DNA of 64,000 nucleotides from Octopus sinensis (Eukaryota). Within the stretch, counting starts at the first letter, position 1, and every line of letters begins with the position of its first letter. The translations under genes were made by a program, and so were the position numbers. The stretch is from contig NC_043012.1 in the NCBI RefSeq assembly GCF_006345805.1, forward strand, positions 55,242,001 through 55,306,000, read 5' to 3'. This document shows, piece after piece, positions 1 to 11,504 of the stretch. Under the pieces are notes generated by a model, which was not told where the DNA came from, did no database searches, and was given only the letters and a program-made list of their open reading frames with translations.

Positions 1-364
1 TTCTGCCTAGCCAGCTACTGAAGGTGCATGGCTTAGTGGTTAGGGTGTTGTGTTCACGACTGAAAGATCATGGTTTCGATTCTCAGACTGGTCACTGAGT
101 TATGTTCTTGAGCAAAGCACTTCATTTCACGTTGCTCTGCAATCATTTCGTTATCTGACATGTAGCACATGGTGCACCTGTACAGGTAAAGTCCATTCGA
201 TGGAGGGAGCGTCCTATGTGAACACAAACATTCGATCACTATAACCAAATCATCTGTGTGGTTGTACAGCAAGAACTTGCCAAACCCCCATATATCATCT
301 AACAATGGGAGAGTCCATAATATGAGAAAAGGCTGAAAGATGATAATTCATAAATTCACACTAG

Positions 365-570
365 TATCATCATCATCATCGTTTAGCGTCCGTTTTCCAT
401 GCTAGCATGGGTTGGACGGTTCTACTGGGGTCTGTGAAGCCAGAAGGCTTCATCAGGCCCAGTCAAATCTGGCAGTGTTTCTACGGCTGGATGCCCCTCC
501 TAACGCCAACCACTCCGTGAGTGTAGTGGGTGCTTTTTACGTGCCACCCGCACAGGTGCCAGACAGAGCT
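365..570 (-). mobile_element. SINE/LINE 3' end with RTE-type tail ending in (GAT)n. Further copies at about 925-1190, 1520-1700, 2700-2880, 3700-3845, 4255-4430, 9800-9950
   Basis: Recurrent GGCGTTAGGAAGGGCATCCAGCCGTAGAAA...CCCATGCTAGCATGGAAA...GATGATGAT in both orientations. The RTE assignment is from recalled tail similarity. Confidence 0.7.
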
Positions 571-718
571 GGCATCTGTGTCTATTTATCTATTTATCAT
601 TTATCTATTTATCATTTATCTATTTATCATTTATCTATTTATCATTTTCTTAGTGTCAGAAAAAATTACTGAAATGGAGCATGTTGAAAGAAGGCTAAAT
701 AAAAAGCTAAAAACTTAC

Positions 719-790
719 ATCTTTTGACTGGAATAGCTTTGTCATGGCAAAAAAAGCTTCCGTTGCCTCAGTCCGGCCAAAATTTTCTCC
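719..790 (-). CDS. COPG: Coatomer subunit gamma, exon 4 ([24 protein letters not shown])
   Basis: ATTTTAACAG acceptor, 72 nt, GTAAGT donor. Matches recalled COPG [24 protein letters not shown]. No exon 5 was found in 1-718, so the gene runs off the window. Confidence 0.97.
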
Positions 791-1759
791 CTGTTAAAAT
801 GAATTTGATACAACTAAATGTATTTCCAGAGTTGAATTATTGTAATAAAGAAGATACACATAACAGAAAACAAATACAAATGACAAAAACAAATAAACAA
901 ACAAACAAAAGTATAGGGATATTCACATCATCATCATTATCGTTTAACGTCCGCTTTCCATGCCAGCATGGGTTGGATGATTTGACTGATGACTGGTGAA
1001 CTGGATGGCTGCACCAGGCTCCAATCTTGATCTGGCAGAGTTTCTACAGCTGGATGCCCTTCCTAACACCAACCACTCAGAGTATAGTGGGTGGTTTTAC
1101 ATGCCACTGGCACGAGGGCCAGTTAGGCGGTACTGGCAACGGCCATGCTCAAATAATGTTTTTTTACATGCCACCTGTACAGGATCCAGTTGACATTATT
1201 ATGTCGACACTCAGGGAAGAAAAGAAAAAGTAAAAGTTAAGGTGGTGCACTGTGTCCTTGAGCAAGACACTTTTATTTCATATTGCGCAAGTCTGGCACT
1301 TGCCTGGCAAAAATGAGTTGCACTTATAATTCAAAGAGTCAACCTGGGTCATACTGAACCTCCCTGAGAACTATGTTAAGGGTTATGAGTGTTTGTGGAG
1401 TGCTCAGCCACCTGCGTGTTAATTTCAGATTGCATCAACTGGAACACTCGTCATTGTAACTGATGGAGTGCTAGTTTGTGTGCATGTGTGTATCTCTCTC
1501 TCTCTCCTTATATATATATAACGTGGCTGTTGCCAGCCTCGCCTGGCCCCCGTACCGGTGGCACATAAAAAGCACCCACTACACTCACGGAGTAGTTGGC
1601 GTTAGGAAGGGCATCCAGCCGTAGAAACATTCCCAGACCCCAGTTGAACCGTCCAACCCATGCTAGCATGGAAAGCGGACACTAAATGATGATGATGATA
1701 TATATATATATATATACACATATACAAACACACACACATTAGAGTATTAGAGTGATTTA

Positions 1760-2152
1760 CTCTTTTACTTGTTTCAGTCATTTGACTGTGGCCATGCTGG
1801 AGCACCGCCTTTAGTTGAGCAAATCGACCCCAGAACTTATTCTTTGTAAACCCAGTATTTATTCTACCGGTCTCTTTTGCTGAACCGCTAAGTTATGGGG
1901 GACGTAAATACAACAGTATCGGTTGTCAAGTGAGGTTGGGAGGACAAACACAGACATACAAACATATATATATATATACGACGGGCTTCTTTCAGTTCCT
2001 GTCTACCAAATCCACTCACAAGGCTTTGGTCGGCCTGAGGCTAGAGTAGAAGACACTTGCTCAAGGTGCCACGCAGTGGACTGAACCCGGAACCATGTGA
2101 TTGGTAAGCAAGCTACTTACCACACAGCCACTCCTGCACCTACACAGCCACT

Positions 2153-2155
<3 letters not shown>
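1760..2155 (-). mobile_element. tRNA-head CORE-like SINE with internal (TA)/(CA) microsatellite and (AAGAGTA)n tail. Further copies at about 3340-3690, 17700-18360, 18690-19190, 24640-25340, 31715-32130, 51925-52355, 52890-53160, 56055-56490
   Basis: Multiple near-identical copies. The head has GTGGTAAG...GGGTTCAGTCCC A/B-box-like motifs. GGCACCTTGGGCAAGTGTCTT resembles the CORE domain. Confidence 0.8.
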
Positions 2156-2209
<54 letters not shown>

Positions 2210-2469
2210 TAGAGTATTAGAGTGATTGTTTATTACTGTTTTGGGAATAAGTTATTTACATCAAATGAAATCTAGAAAGTTGCTCATAAATGAACCTGTA
2301 AAAAATTTCATAGGCAATGAAGAATAATTCATAAGGAAACAGATATGGTAGTTTTAAATTTTAAAAAAATACAGAAAAAGGAATCTTTGTAAAAATGATG
2401 AATTTAAACCATTTTAAATATGTGATTACATACTGCACGTAAGGCTAAAATAATTTGATAAAGACAAAC

Positions 2470-2550
2470 CTGATTCAGGAGGTAAAGAATTTTGGTTAAT
2501 ATCTGACTGCATTTTCTTGGATTTATAGGAGATTCATTGAAGGTTCTAGC
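2470..2550 (-). CDS. COPG: Coatomer subunit gamma, exon 3 ([27 protein letters not shown])
   Basis: TTTTCTGATTCCAG acceptor, 81 nt, GTTTGT donor. Matches recalled [31 protein letters not shown]. Confidence 0.97.
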
Positions 2551-4925
2551 CTGGAATCAGAAAATGAAATATATATTTTAGTATTGTTGTAGACTTCTAG
2601 GAGATATTGTATCCCTACTACTGTCCCTTACCACCTCTTCCTCCTCCACTTCCCTGACACACTTCTGTTTCCGATCTTTTACTTCCCTCTTCTAAAACTC
2701 ATTATCATCATCATTGTCCATGCTGGTATGGGTTGGACAGTGTGACCAGAGCTGGCAAGATGGGTGACTGCACCAGACTCCAGTCTGATTTATCATGGTT
2801 TCTATGGCTGGATGCTCTTCCTAAAGCCAACCACCTTACAGAGAATGCTGGATGCTTTTATGCGTCACCACATGGGCACTTTCATGCATTGCTTCATGGA
2901 TGATTTTACACGATGTTGCATGAATGCTTTTATTTGATGCTGCACAGGTGCCTTTATGTGTTGCCACACAGGCATCTTTGTGTGTTGCTGAACAGGCGTT
3001 TTTACATGGCACCACCAGAAGGATCAGTCTTAACACTTCTGCTGTGGGGCACGGGTCTTCCTGAGTATGGCCAGGTGCCAGGTATCTCTAGTCATCTGCC
3101 ACATACTTTTCACTGTGGTGCACTTAACAACTCATCCTTTTTTGTTGCTCTATCTTTATTCTCTCTCTTTCAAGATGGAGAAGCCATGTAGTCATCTTTT
3201 CAGCAACACACTCACTCTTGTCCCTCTATCGTAATTACATGTCCCTTGATACAATACCACCACTCAGTCAAGTGGTTTTGTCATATGAGTACATGGTCGC
3301 CTCACCAGTTTCACTAAAATAAAAAAAAAGCATCCAATAAGTGCAGGTGTGGCAAGAAGCTTGTTTCCCAATCACATGGTTCCTGGGTTCAGTCCCTCTG
3401 GGCAAGTATCTTCTACTATAGCCTCAGGCTGACCAAAGCCTTGTGAGCGGATTTGGTAGACGGAAACTGAAAGAAGCTTGTCGTGTGTGAGTTGTCAAGC
3501 ACTTGACAACTAATGGTGGTGTGTTTATGTCTCCATAACTTAGCAGTTCAGCAAAAGAGACTGATAGATAAGCACTAGGTTTACAAAGAATAAGTCCTGG
3601 ACTCAATTTCTTTGACTAAAAACCCTTTAAGGTGGTGCTCCAGCATGGCTGCAGTCAAATGACTAAAACAAGTAAAAGAATAAAAGAATACACTATGTGA
3701 AGTTGTTGGCTTTAGGAAGGGCATCCGGCAGTGGAAACCAAGCCAAAAACGGGCAATGAAAGCTGGTGTGGCCCTTGGCTTTACCAGCTCCTGTCAAACC
3801 ATCCAACTCAAGCCAGCATGGAAAATGGATGTTAAATAATGATGGCCTGGTTCTCTGTCAGTTATGGTGATGAGTGTACCAGCTGATACAATCAACGGAA
3901 CAGCCTGCTTACGACATTAATGTGCAAGTGGCTGAGCACTCCACAGACACGTAGTTCTCAGGCAGACTCAGTGTGACAAGACTGGAGCAACGAGAAATAA
4001 AGTGTCGTGCTCAAGGACAGAATGCACCGCAGGGAATTGAACTCCCACCCTTAGAATCATGAGCCCAAAATACTCCTAGCCACTAAGCCATGCGCCTTCT
4101 CCTGATGATGATATTAGACAATTAAGTCCAACATAGACTGAAAAAGATAAGAAGGTTACACTTTAGGGTCTTTAATCAGTAGTCTCTTAGATCAGAGATA
4201 ATCCAGAGTTAAACAAAGACATCAGTAGCACTGTAAACGTGTTAGCTTGTAGTCATCACCATCATTTAATGTCCATTTTCCATGCTGGCATGGGTTGGAT
4301 GGTTTAACAGGAGCTGGCAAGGTCAGTTGCCACACCAGGTTTGCATTGCCTGGTTTTGGCTTGGTTTCCACAGCTGGATGCCCTTACTAATGCCAATCAC
4401 TTTACAGCTTTTTATGTGGCACCATCACCAGTGCTTTTTACTTGACACCAGCACCAGTGATTTCTATGTGATACCAACACCAGTGCTTTTTATGTGGCAC
4501 CATCACCAGTGTTTTCTACGTGACACCAAAACCAGTGCTTTTTACCTAGAGCTATGTTCAAGTCCTCTAGTGGTGAAGGCAATCTCTTTTTGACCAGGGT
4601 CCTTCCTATTTGATAGGAGAAATTATTTTGTCATTTACATAACACCATGCTCATCAGAGATAAGCGTTTGCTCAACAGATCTTTGATGTTAGATTTAGTT
4701 TTAAATGTTTGCACCTTTGTATTATTATAAATGGGATTATTTCCACCTTTATGATACTGTTCTAGAGAACAAACAAAAATATATCTTGAAGTTTTAGTAG
4801 CAACAAAGCTATTAATAATCTACCAACAGTCTCCTAGGAATTTACTCCAAATTGTAAATGCATGATCTCTATCAGTCCAGTGAAATGCATAACCTTTATA
4901 ATTCAATGTAAAAGATTGACCATAC

Positions 4926-4975
4926 CTCTTGAAGTACAGTGGCTTTCTCCAAATGATTGTAAGGGTTACTTCCCC
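4926..4975 (-). CDS. COPG: Coatomer subunit gamma, exon 2 (GSNPYNHLEKATVLQE)
   Basis: TTTATTACAG acceptor, 50 nt, GTATGG donor. Matches recalled COPG GGSNPFQHLEKSAVLQE. Confidence 0.96.
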
Positions 4976-5226
4976 CTGTAATAAATAAGTATAAATAACT
5001 CGCAATGTAATATAAGCAGAAACAAATATCACAGCAAAAGAAAAACAGAGTGAAACAAAATCTAATTAAAACCCAAATATTGCAGATTATTGAGAAAATC
5101 TAACAAATGTTATCAATCTTTAAAGATATGTAATTATAAACTGAATATACAAATAGAACAAGGGCTAGGGTTTATGCAATATCTTTTGAACTTAAAGTGC
5201 GGACTTAACATGTCCACACTTTCATA

Positions 5227-6396
5227 CATGAGAGTGGACTAAAAAGTTCATAGGCTGACCGTGAAGGAGTGATGCTAGATCTGCGAAATCTTGCATGCAT
5301 TAATTTCAACCCCCTTTATTAACAACTGCATTGTTTCTTTCCAGGTAAACTGAAATCTGACTGTTCAAAGAAGACTTCAAAAGTAACTAGTGGCGAATTT
5401 TCTTGAAAATAGACAAAATTTGGCATTGTGGTGTTATCAAGTACCTGCAGAAAAAGGGGTTTAGCTCCCCCCCAAGGATGTTCATGCTGATATGGTTGCG
5501 AGATTAGGAAGGCAAGAGAGAGTCTTGAAGATGACTCAAGATCTGGATGTCCTGCAACTGCCACCACTGAGGAAAACATTGATTGTGTTCACCACAAGGT
5601 GAGGACAGGTGATTAACTATAAATCAAACAGCCAATGCTATTAGCATGATGAAGGCTTCTGCTTGGTGGGTGCTGTATCTTCTGACACCTGATCTAAAGT
5701 GCACCAGGCTGATCGCATCACAGGAAAATCTAACATTGTTTCAGGCAGATCCAGCTGGTTTCTTTAAACGTTTTCTAACCCAGGATAAGTATTGGGTTCA
5801 TTAATTTGAGCCAGAGACAAAGAGACAATCCATGCAGTGGAAACACTCCTCCTCACTTGCTCCAAAGAAGGCCATGGTTGTTTCACATGCAGGGAAGAAG
5901 ATGACCTCGGCTTATTGGGATGCAAAGGGCATTTGGTTTATTGACTATCTTCAAAAGGGCCACACCATCAATAGAAAGTACTATACCAACTTGCTGAGGC
6001 AGTTGCAAAAGGGGGCTTGTTTCATCAGGACAATGCTCCATCACAGAAGTCCTTGGTTTCAATGGCTGCTGTGCATATCTAGGACTTTGAACTAGTTGAT
6101 CACCCTCCTTATTCTCTTGATTTGGCCCCCATCTGACCATCAGCTGTTCTCCAACATAAAAAAAGAACTCAACTTGGCTGGGAACTAATACTTCTGTGAT
6201 GATGACATTATATCTGCTGTTGATTGACTCTTTTGACTAACAGGATGAAAGCTGCACCAATGGGATCCAATCACTGAAACGCTGATGGAAAAACTGTGTG
6301 GACTGCAAGGGGGAACTATGTTGGGAAATAAACCTCATTTGGTCACATTCCATGAGAGTATCTTCTTCAGTCTATGAACTTTTCTGCAGACCCTTG
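5227..6396 (+). mobile_element. Degenerate mariner transposon in COPG intron 1, antisense to the gene
   Basis: TA at 5225-5226 and 6397-6398. Imperfect TIRs share AAAAGTTCATAG(G/A)CTGA. Broken transposase motifs TQDKYWVH*FEPETKRQSMQWK, FHQDNAPS and HPPYSLDLAP. Confidence 0.85.
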
Positions 6397-6981
6397 TACA
6401 TGGCAGAAAATACACTATTAATAAGAGAGTATTGTAGTTCGCTTGAAGCATTGTGTATTGATTGTAAAGAATAAAAAGCTCTGAATGGTACAACAATGCA
6501 CTATAATATAGACAATGGGCTATTTACCTGTTGTAATTTTACAAAAGGTAAATAGCTCACTATTAATAAATTTTACAAGTTTTGTATGTTCCAAAGAATC
6601 ATCTATTGTTCAATTGCAGATCAGAGCATAATATCATAGAGACAAGCTGACAGTCATTAAGTAGAGAGTCCACCTTTCTTTCTTTGTACTCTCACTTCAA
6701 ATATACCAGGAGTTTCATAAGTGTCAAAACCACTTTAATTTATTTAGATTTAAACTATCCACAATTTTTAAATGAAATTATGCCAATTCAGGTCTGTAGA
6801 AATACAATTCTAAATAACTTCAATAACCATCAAATGTACAGTAAAAAATGTAATTACTATTAAATACAAGTCACTAGTGACACAAATCAATAATAACCAC
6901 CTGTCAAATTTACACATCTATGAGCATTTCTACCAATTCTTGTACTAGTTTTCTTTACTTCCGCTTCACATAGTTAATAAT

Positions 6982-7150
6982 GGTTTCAAATTTTGGCACA
7001 AGGCCAGTAATTTCCGGGGAGGGAATAAGTCGATTACATCAACCACGAAAGGATGAAAGGCGAAATCGACCTCAGTGGAATTTGAGACGGACGAAATAAT
7101 GTTAAGCATTTTGTCCGGCGTGCTAACGATTTTGCTAACTCGCCGCCTTA
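6982..7150 (-). mobile_element. tRNA-head SINE family S1 (GGCGGTGAGCTGGCAGAATCGTTAG...GAGTTCAAATTCC). About 25 copies in the window, e.g. 11175-11385, 15692-15905, 17490-17685, 27148-27365, 36590-36736, 39498-39700, 56745-56935, 57345-57560
   Basis: Highly repeated ~210-bp unit with Pol III A-box and B-box motifs, present on both strands. Confidence 0.85.
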
Positions 7151-8383
7151 GGTTGAGTTAATAATGGTAGTGAGCATAGATACAAACTCATCAGCTGCTA
7201 CACAAAAGAAAACATCGGCACGCTTACATTATCAGGTAAAGAAAGGAAGCAAAGAAAACATGCATTTAACGTAATTTACACCTACAAACAACACGGATAA
7301 TTTCAGATTAGCTTCTGCCAAGAACTGACATGGAATCCTCATGTGTCTATAGTACCATCCTTGTCGTATCGTGGGCCCCCGAGAATCTATTCACCACGCA
7401 AAGGTGTTGAAAAGGATTAGTGAGTGGCCACGATATAAAAAAGTTAGAGGCGTAGTTTACTATATTTCTAATACCACAAGATGTTCAGTACATAGCAGCT
7501 GGGATAACAATTCCAAGATATTGGCTGACTTTACAATTATTTTCTCATTCAAACCACATGAAGTACCTTCATTTTAAAAATCCATTCGCCGTTGTTGTTT
7601 GGGCCAAGTAAGCCCTGATCACATCTATGATCAAAGGCGTTTTAGCGGTGACTATAGGCCTATAGTTATATTTCCAAACAGTATACTTAAGATTTACTTT
7701 TTGTCAAGATGCAGTGTAATTAGAAGACTTAGCTGCTATTTTCAGCTATTTTTACCGATCATATTTTCAGTGTATATTTACTGTATATATTTACATACAT
7801 TGAGCTGATGTAGGGAAGCTACCGAATTTAATATTTAGCGCTCATAGCCTAACATATTAACGTAAAATTATTTATTCTGTCAAATACATATATTTATACT
7901 ATCACAGAACAGACCAACAAGAAATGAAGTAATAATGGAAAAGAGAGATAAAAATTTGATCGTTGAGAACTCTTATTAAAGAAGTAATGAGTAATAAACT
8001 AGAATTATGTATGGAAAAAAAACTCTTGAGCTGTAATTGTTTACGTGTCGGAAACAGCCACACTTCTCTTAACCGAAATAACAGAGATCGAGGTAATTAA
8101 TGAATGCATAAATTTAAAGATACACGCTAATTAACAAACAGAACGACGATTTCTTTTTGTCATTTTATCGACAAGAATAATGGTAAAAACTTTAACGCCT
8201 CTAAAATGTGTATTATATGTTGTTAGTGCAGAAATAACCACGTCCACACCTCCACCAAAGAACACAAGAGTTATTTAATAAATTGTTGGTTTATAGTCAT
8301 GTCAACACCGAACGAAAGGAAAATAAATCGTTCGACAGACATCAGTTATTTATATAATGAATGTATACACTTTATACACTTAC

Positions 8384-8423
8384 CATCTTCTTCGTCTTTT
8401 TTGTTGCTTCGCAGCATTTCCAT
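8384..8423 (-). CDS. COPG: Coatomer subunit gamma, coding exon 1 (MEMLRSNKKDEED-G)
   Basis: ATG at 8423, 40 nt of coding sequence, then a GTAAGT donor (phase 1). It splices in frame to exon 2. The peptide matches the COPG N-terminus as I recall it (human MLKKFDKKDEESG), with the same phase-1 intron. Confidence 0.93.
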
Positions 8424-8530
8424 ACAATTTTGAAACACTCTCTGAAAGTGGGAATGTTACGGCCAAAGCAATACACGTCACTTCGGTCGATATAGCAACT
8501 TCCGTTTTAACAGACAGCAAAAGGAAGTTG
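8424..8530 (-). promoter_or_regulatory. Probable COPG 5' UTR/core promoter with a CRE/UPRE-like motif and an ETS motif
   Basis: CpG-containing stretch directly upstream of the ATG. On the gene strand it has TGACGTGT (8480-8473) and CGGAAGT (8504-8498). Confidence 0.5.
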
Positions 8531-9960
8531 AGAGTTATCTCCCTTACTATTTTATTTCACCTTAAAAATAATGGAAAATAATTCTCAATAAAAAATAAAT
8601 AAAAAAAAGAATGTAAAAAGCATAACCAACTAAAAAAGAAAAGAAAACAATGATAATAAAACTTTCCAAGCAAGAAAAAAAAGTTTGATTTGCTTTTAGT
8701 AGGATGAGACCAAAGTGCAGTAGTTTGTTTTATTCGTAAAAAAGTTCACTGCATGTTTTGCAATCTAAGAAAAGACAGTTTTTTTTTTCCGGCAATATAT
8801 TTATTTTCGCAAGAAAAAAATCCACACATCTAAATTCTCTGAATACACGAATATTGCATTTAAACTATACACTTACGATGAAGACCTCCTACCACAGATA
8901 CACATTTTGAATGTTTTCAACTTTCGATAATTACTGATTCGTCCACCTCCCCACTTCTTTATAGGATCAAATGCTTGTTTACTGGACTTAATTGAAATCT
9001 AGTATACAATACAGAGAAATCGATAAATCACTGAGGTTTATTACTAAGAAAACGCCATCTGCACGAAAAGATTTAGCATATTCAATTTAACATAGTTAAA
9101 ATAGTGGCGTATATAGAACCTCATTTGAAACATTCAAACGACAAAGGAAAGGTAACTTATTTGTTAATATTATTTTAATCGTTGGCTAGAGTCGTTTGAC
9201 TGTTTGGTTGTACGCCAGGCAAAATGTTTAGTTGTATTTCGTCCGACTTTACGTTCTCTGTTCAAATGCCGCAGAGCTCAATTTTACCTTTGATTCTTTC
9301 GGGGTCGATGAAATTTGTATCGGTTGAGCATTAGGGTCAATTTAATCGAACTAACCATATCCTGAAATTGCCAGCCTTGTACCAAAATTTGAAACAAATA
9401 ATATTTTAGTCATTGCTGCAAATACGGGAGACAACTCATGACATTCACGATTGCATCCAAAGAAAAAAAAATCTCTCGACTTATCAGTAAAGCGACACCG
9501 TTACAGTCATCGATGTAACGGCCAAAATATTCAGGGATCGGTCAAGCAGATTTGGTAAATATAGACGTTGTCGTGGCTATGTGGTTAAAAAGCTTGCTTC
9601 CCAACCAAGTAATCGCGGGTTCAGTCCCATTGCGCTGTATCTTGGGCATGTATGTGTGGTGTGATATGGTGTGTGTGTATAATTATTTCTTCATTATGTA
9701 TGTATGTGTGCGTATAATTATCTCCTCATTGTGTGTGTGTGTGTGTGTACCCTTGTCATGACACCACGTGATTGTCGGAAAGTAGATGTCGTTCATTTTC
9801 TGTCTTTCATGAAAAAGACATGTCCAGCCATGGGGAAATATTACATTGCTTGGAAGCAGGTGAGGGTTAGTGACAGGAAACGCATTCGGCTGTAGAAAAT
9901 CTGCTTGAACAAAATGACACATACAAGCCAGGGAAATGATGATGATGATTTGTCTAATGT

Positions 9961-10152
9961 GCACAAAGAACAAGTTGACGTAACTGAGGCCCATCTTTGT
10001 GCCCATGGCTTCACCAGTAGTTGGAGTCATTAAGGAAAGGAAAATAATTTCGATTGAAGACGTATTTAACAAGACGGAGAAGTGTAGAGGGGCTGGTTCA
10101 AGTGTGAAATAGCAAAGGGCTGGATTAAGGCCCGTAAAAGCCTTAAACACTT
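9961..10152 (-). pseudogene. Penelope-like RT fragment, continuation of 10590-11040
   Basis: GEAMGTKMGLSYVNLF matches the Penelope RT motif G(V/T)AMGTKMGPSYANLF. Confidence 0.75.
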
Positions 10153-10154
10153 AG

Positions 10155-10209
<55 letters not shown>

Positions 10210-10589
10210 GTAGATAGATATACGATTCAAAATATAGACAATAATAATTCCTAAAATGATTTTTATTTTTTCAAAATGAAACAAAACTAACAGTAAAATG
10301 GAAAATAATGTTTATTTTTGTATACCTGCAGTTTATATTTGAAATATTTTCTACTTTTTTCTAATTGCAAAGTCTTTGAGCGGATCCTCAAACTTAATGT
10401 TACGTAACACACCTTCTATACTTAGAAGAGATAAGGCATCCCGAATATTATTTCAGAAAGTTTAAAATGGTTTCTTTTGTGTCGTAAAATATTTATAGTG
10501 CCTGTCTTCCATTGATACCCTAAACAGGTATCTATTTTGCTTAATGGCTAATCCAGCAATGGAGTGGTGGACAGAGAAGAATTTGAGAT

Positions 10590-11040
10590 TTAAGATTGGT
10601 GGTGGGGTGACGTCGTGGGGAGAACAGTATAAAAAGATTTTAAATCCATAACAAAGAAGATTTTAGAGAGTTCAGGAAAAAGTGAAACAATGAGAGAGCA
10701 TGGCTGGTTTCGTTGATGTTGGATGGAAGGACAGGAGCAAGAGTGACATGAAGATGGTTAAGGTAACGAAAAATTAGTTCAGTGAGGAACCTTTGAGCAA
10801 AGACATTGGGATGTTCAGGTGTGTTGGACTTGTAAACATTGTGGTAGAATTATATAATGGGAGCCTGTGGTGTTTTGAGAAGGAGGTTTGTTGCTGTAGG
10901 TGGAAGTAGAGAGAAGGAGATGAGTTAGTATACCGTGGTAGAGACGAATTTTCGGTTTGGAAGGGGAGTTTTTAGGCAGTTCTTGGTAGAACTGCTGGTC
11001 GCTAAGCTGTTGAGATGCTTACTCGAAGCCAAAATAGGTA
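10590..11040 (-). pseudogene. Penelope-like element RT remnant, N-terminal half
   Basis: Frame-broken minus-strand translation gives RQLSDQQFY, then TELIFRYLNHLHVTLAPVLPSNINETSHALS, then IFFVMDLKSFYTVLP. This is the motif order of Penelope RT. Confidence 0.7.
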
Positions 11041-11504
11041 AAGTCTATGCTTCAGGTGAGTTTGATTAATGTAACCGAAATATGGTTGAAACTGTTTCCT
11101 GCACGTACCAAAGCGATTGAAATAAAAATGAACAGACTAACGGTTTGGCAAACAGATGTTGATAAAATTATTGGTTTTAAATTTCGGCACAAGACCAGTG
11201 GTTTCAGGGGACGAGATAAGTCGGTTGCATCGACCTCAGAGTTCAACTGGTACTTGTCTTTCGACCCTGAAAAGACGAAAGGCAAAGTCGACCCTGCGGC
11301 ATTTGAATTCAGAACGTAAAGTCGGAGGAAATAGTGCAAAGCAATTTTCTCGGTGAGATAAAGATTCTGCCAGTACGCCGCCTTTTTTTCGAACTGTATT
11401 GTATATTTTGTGATAACGTCATGTCGCATAGGGAGGTAGTACCTTGATGACATTTTTGAGTAGCTGCTATTAGCATGTGTGATGTCTTCCACAGAAATAT
11501 GACA

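Noticed and set aside
7150-7580. Possible additional COPG exon in intron 1
   Set aside because: Candidate acceptors lead to stops within 10-20 codons. Exon 1 joins exon 2 directly to give the conserved sequence.
8560-9160. Divergent plus-strand gene from a bidirectional COPG promoter
   Set aside because: Only a lone AAAG|GTAACT donor at about 9151 and a 6-codon ORF; no supportable coding exon.
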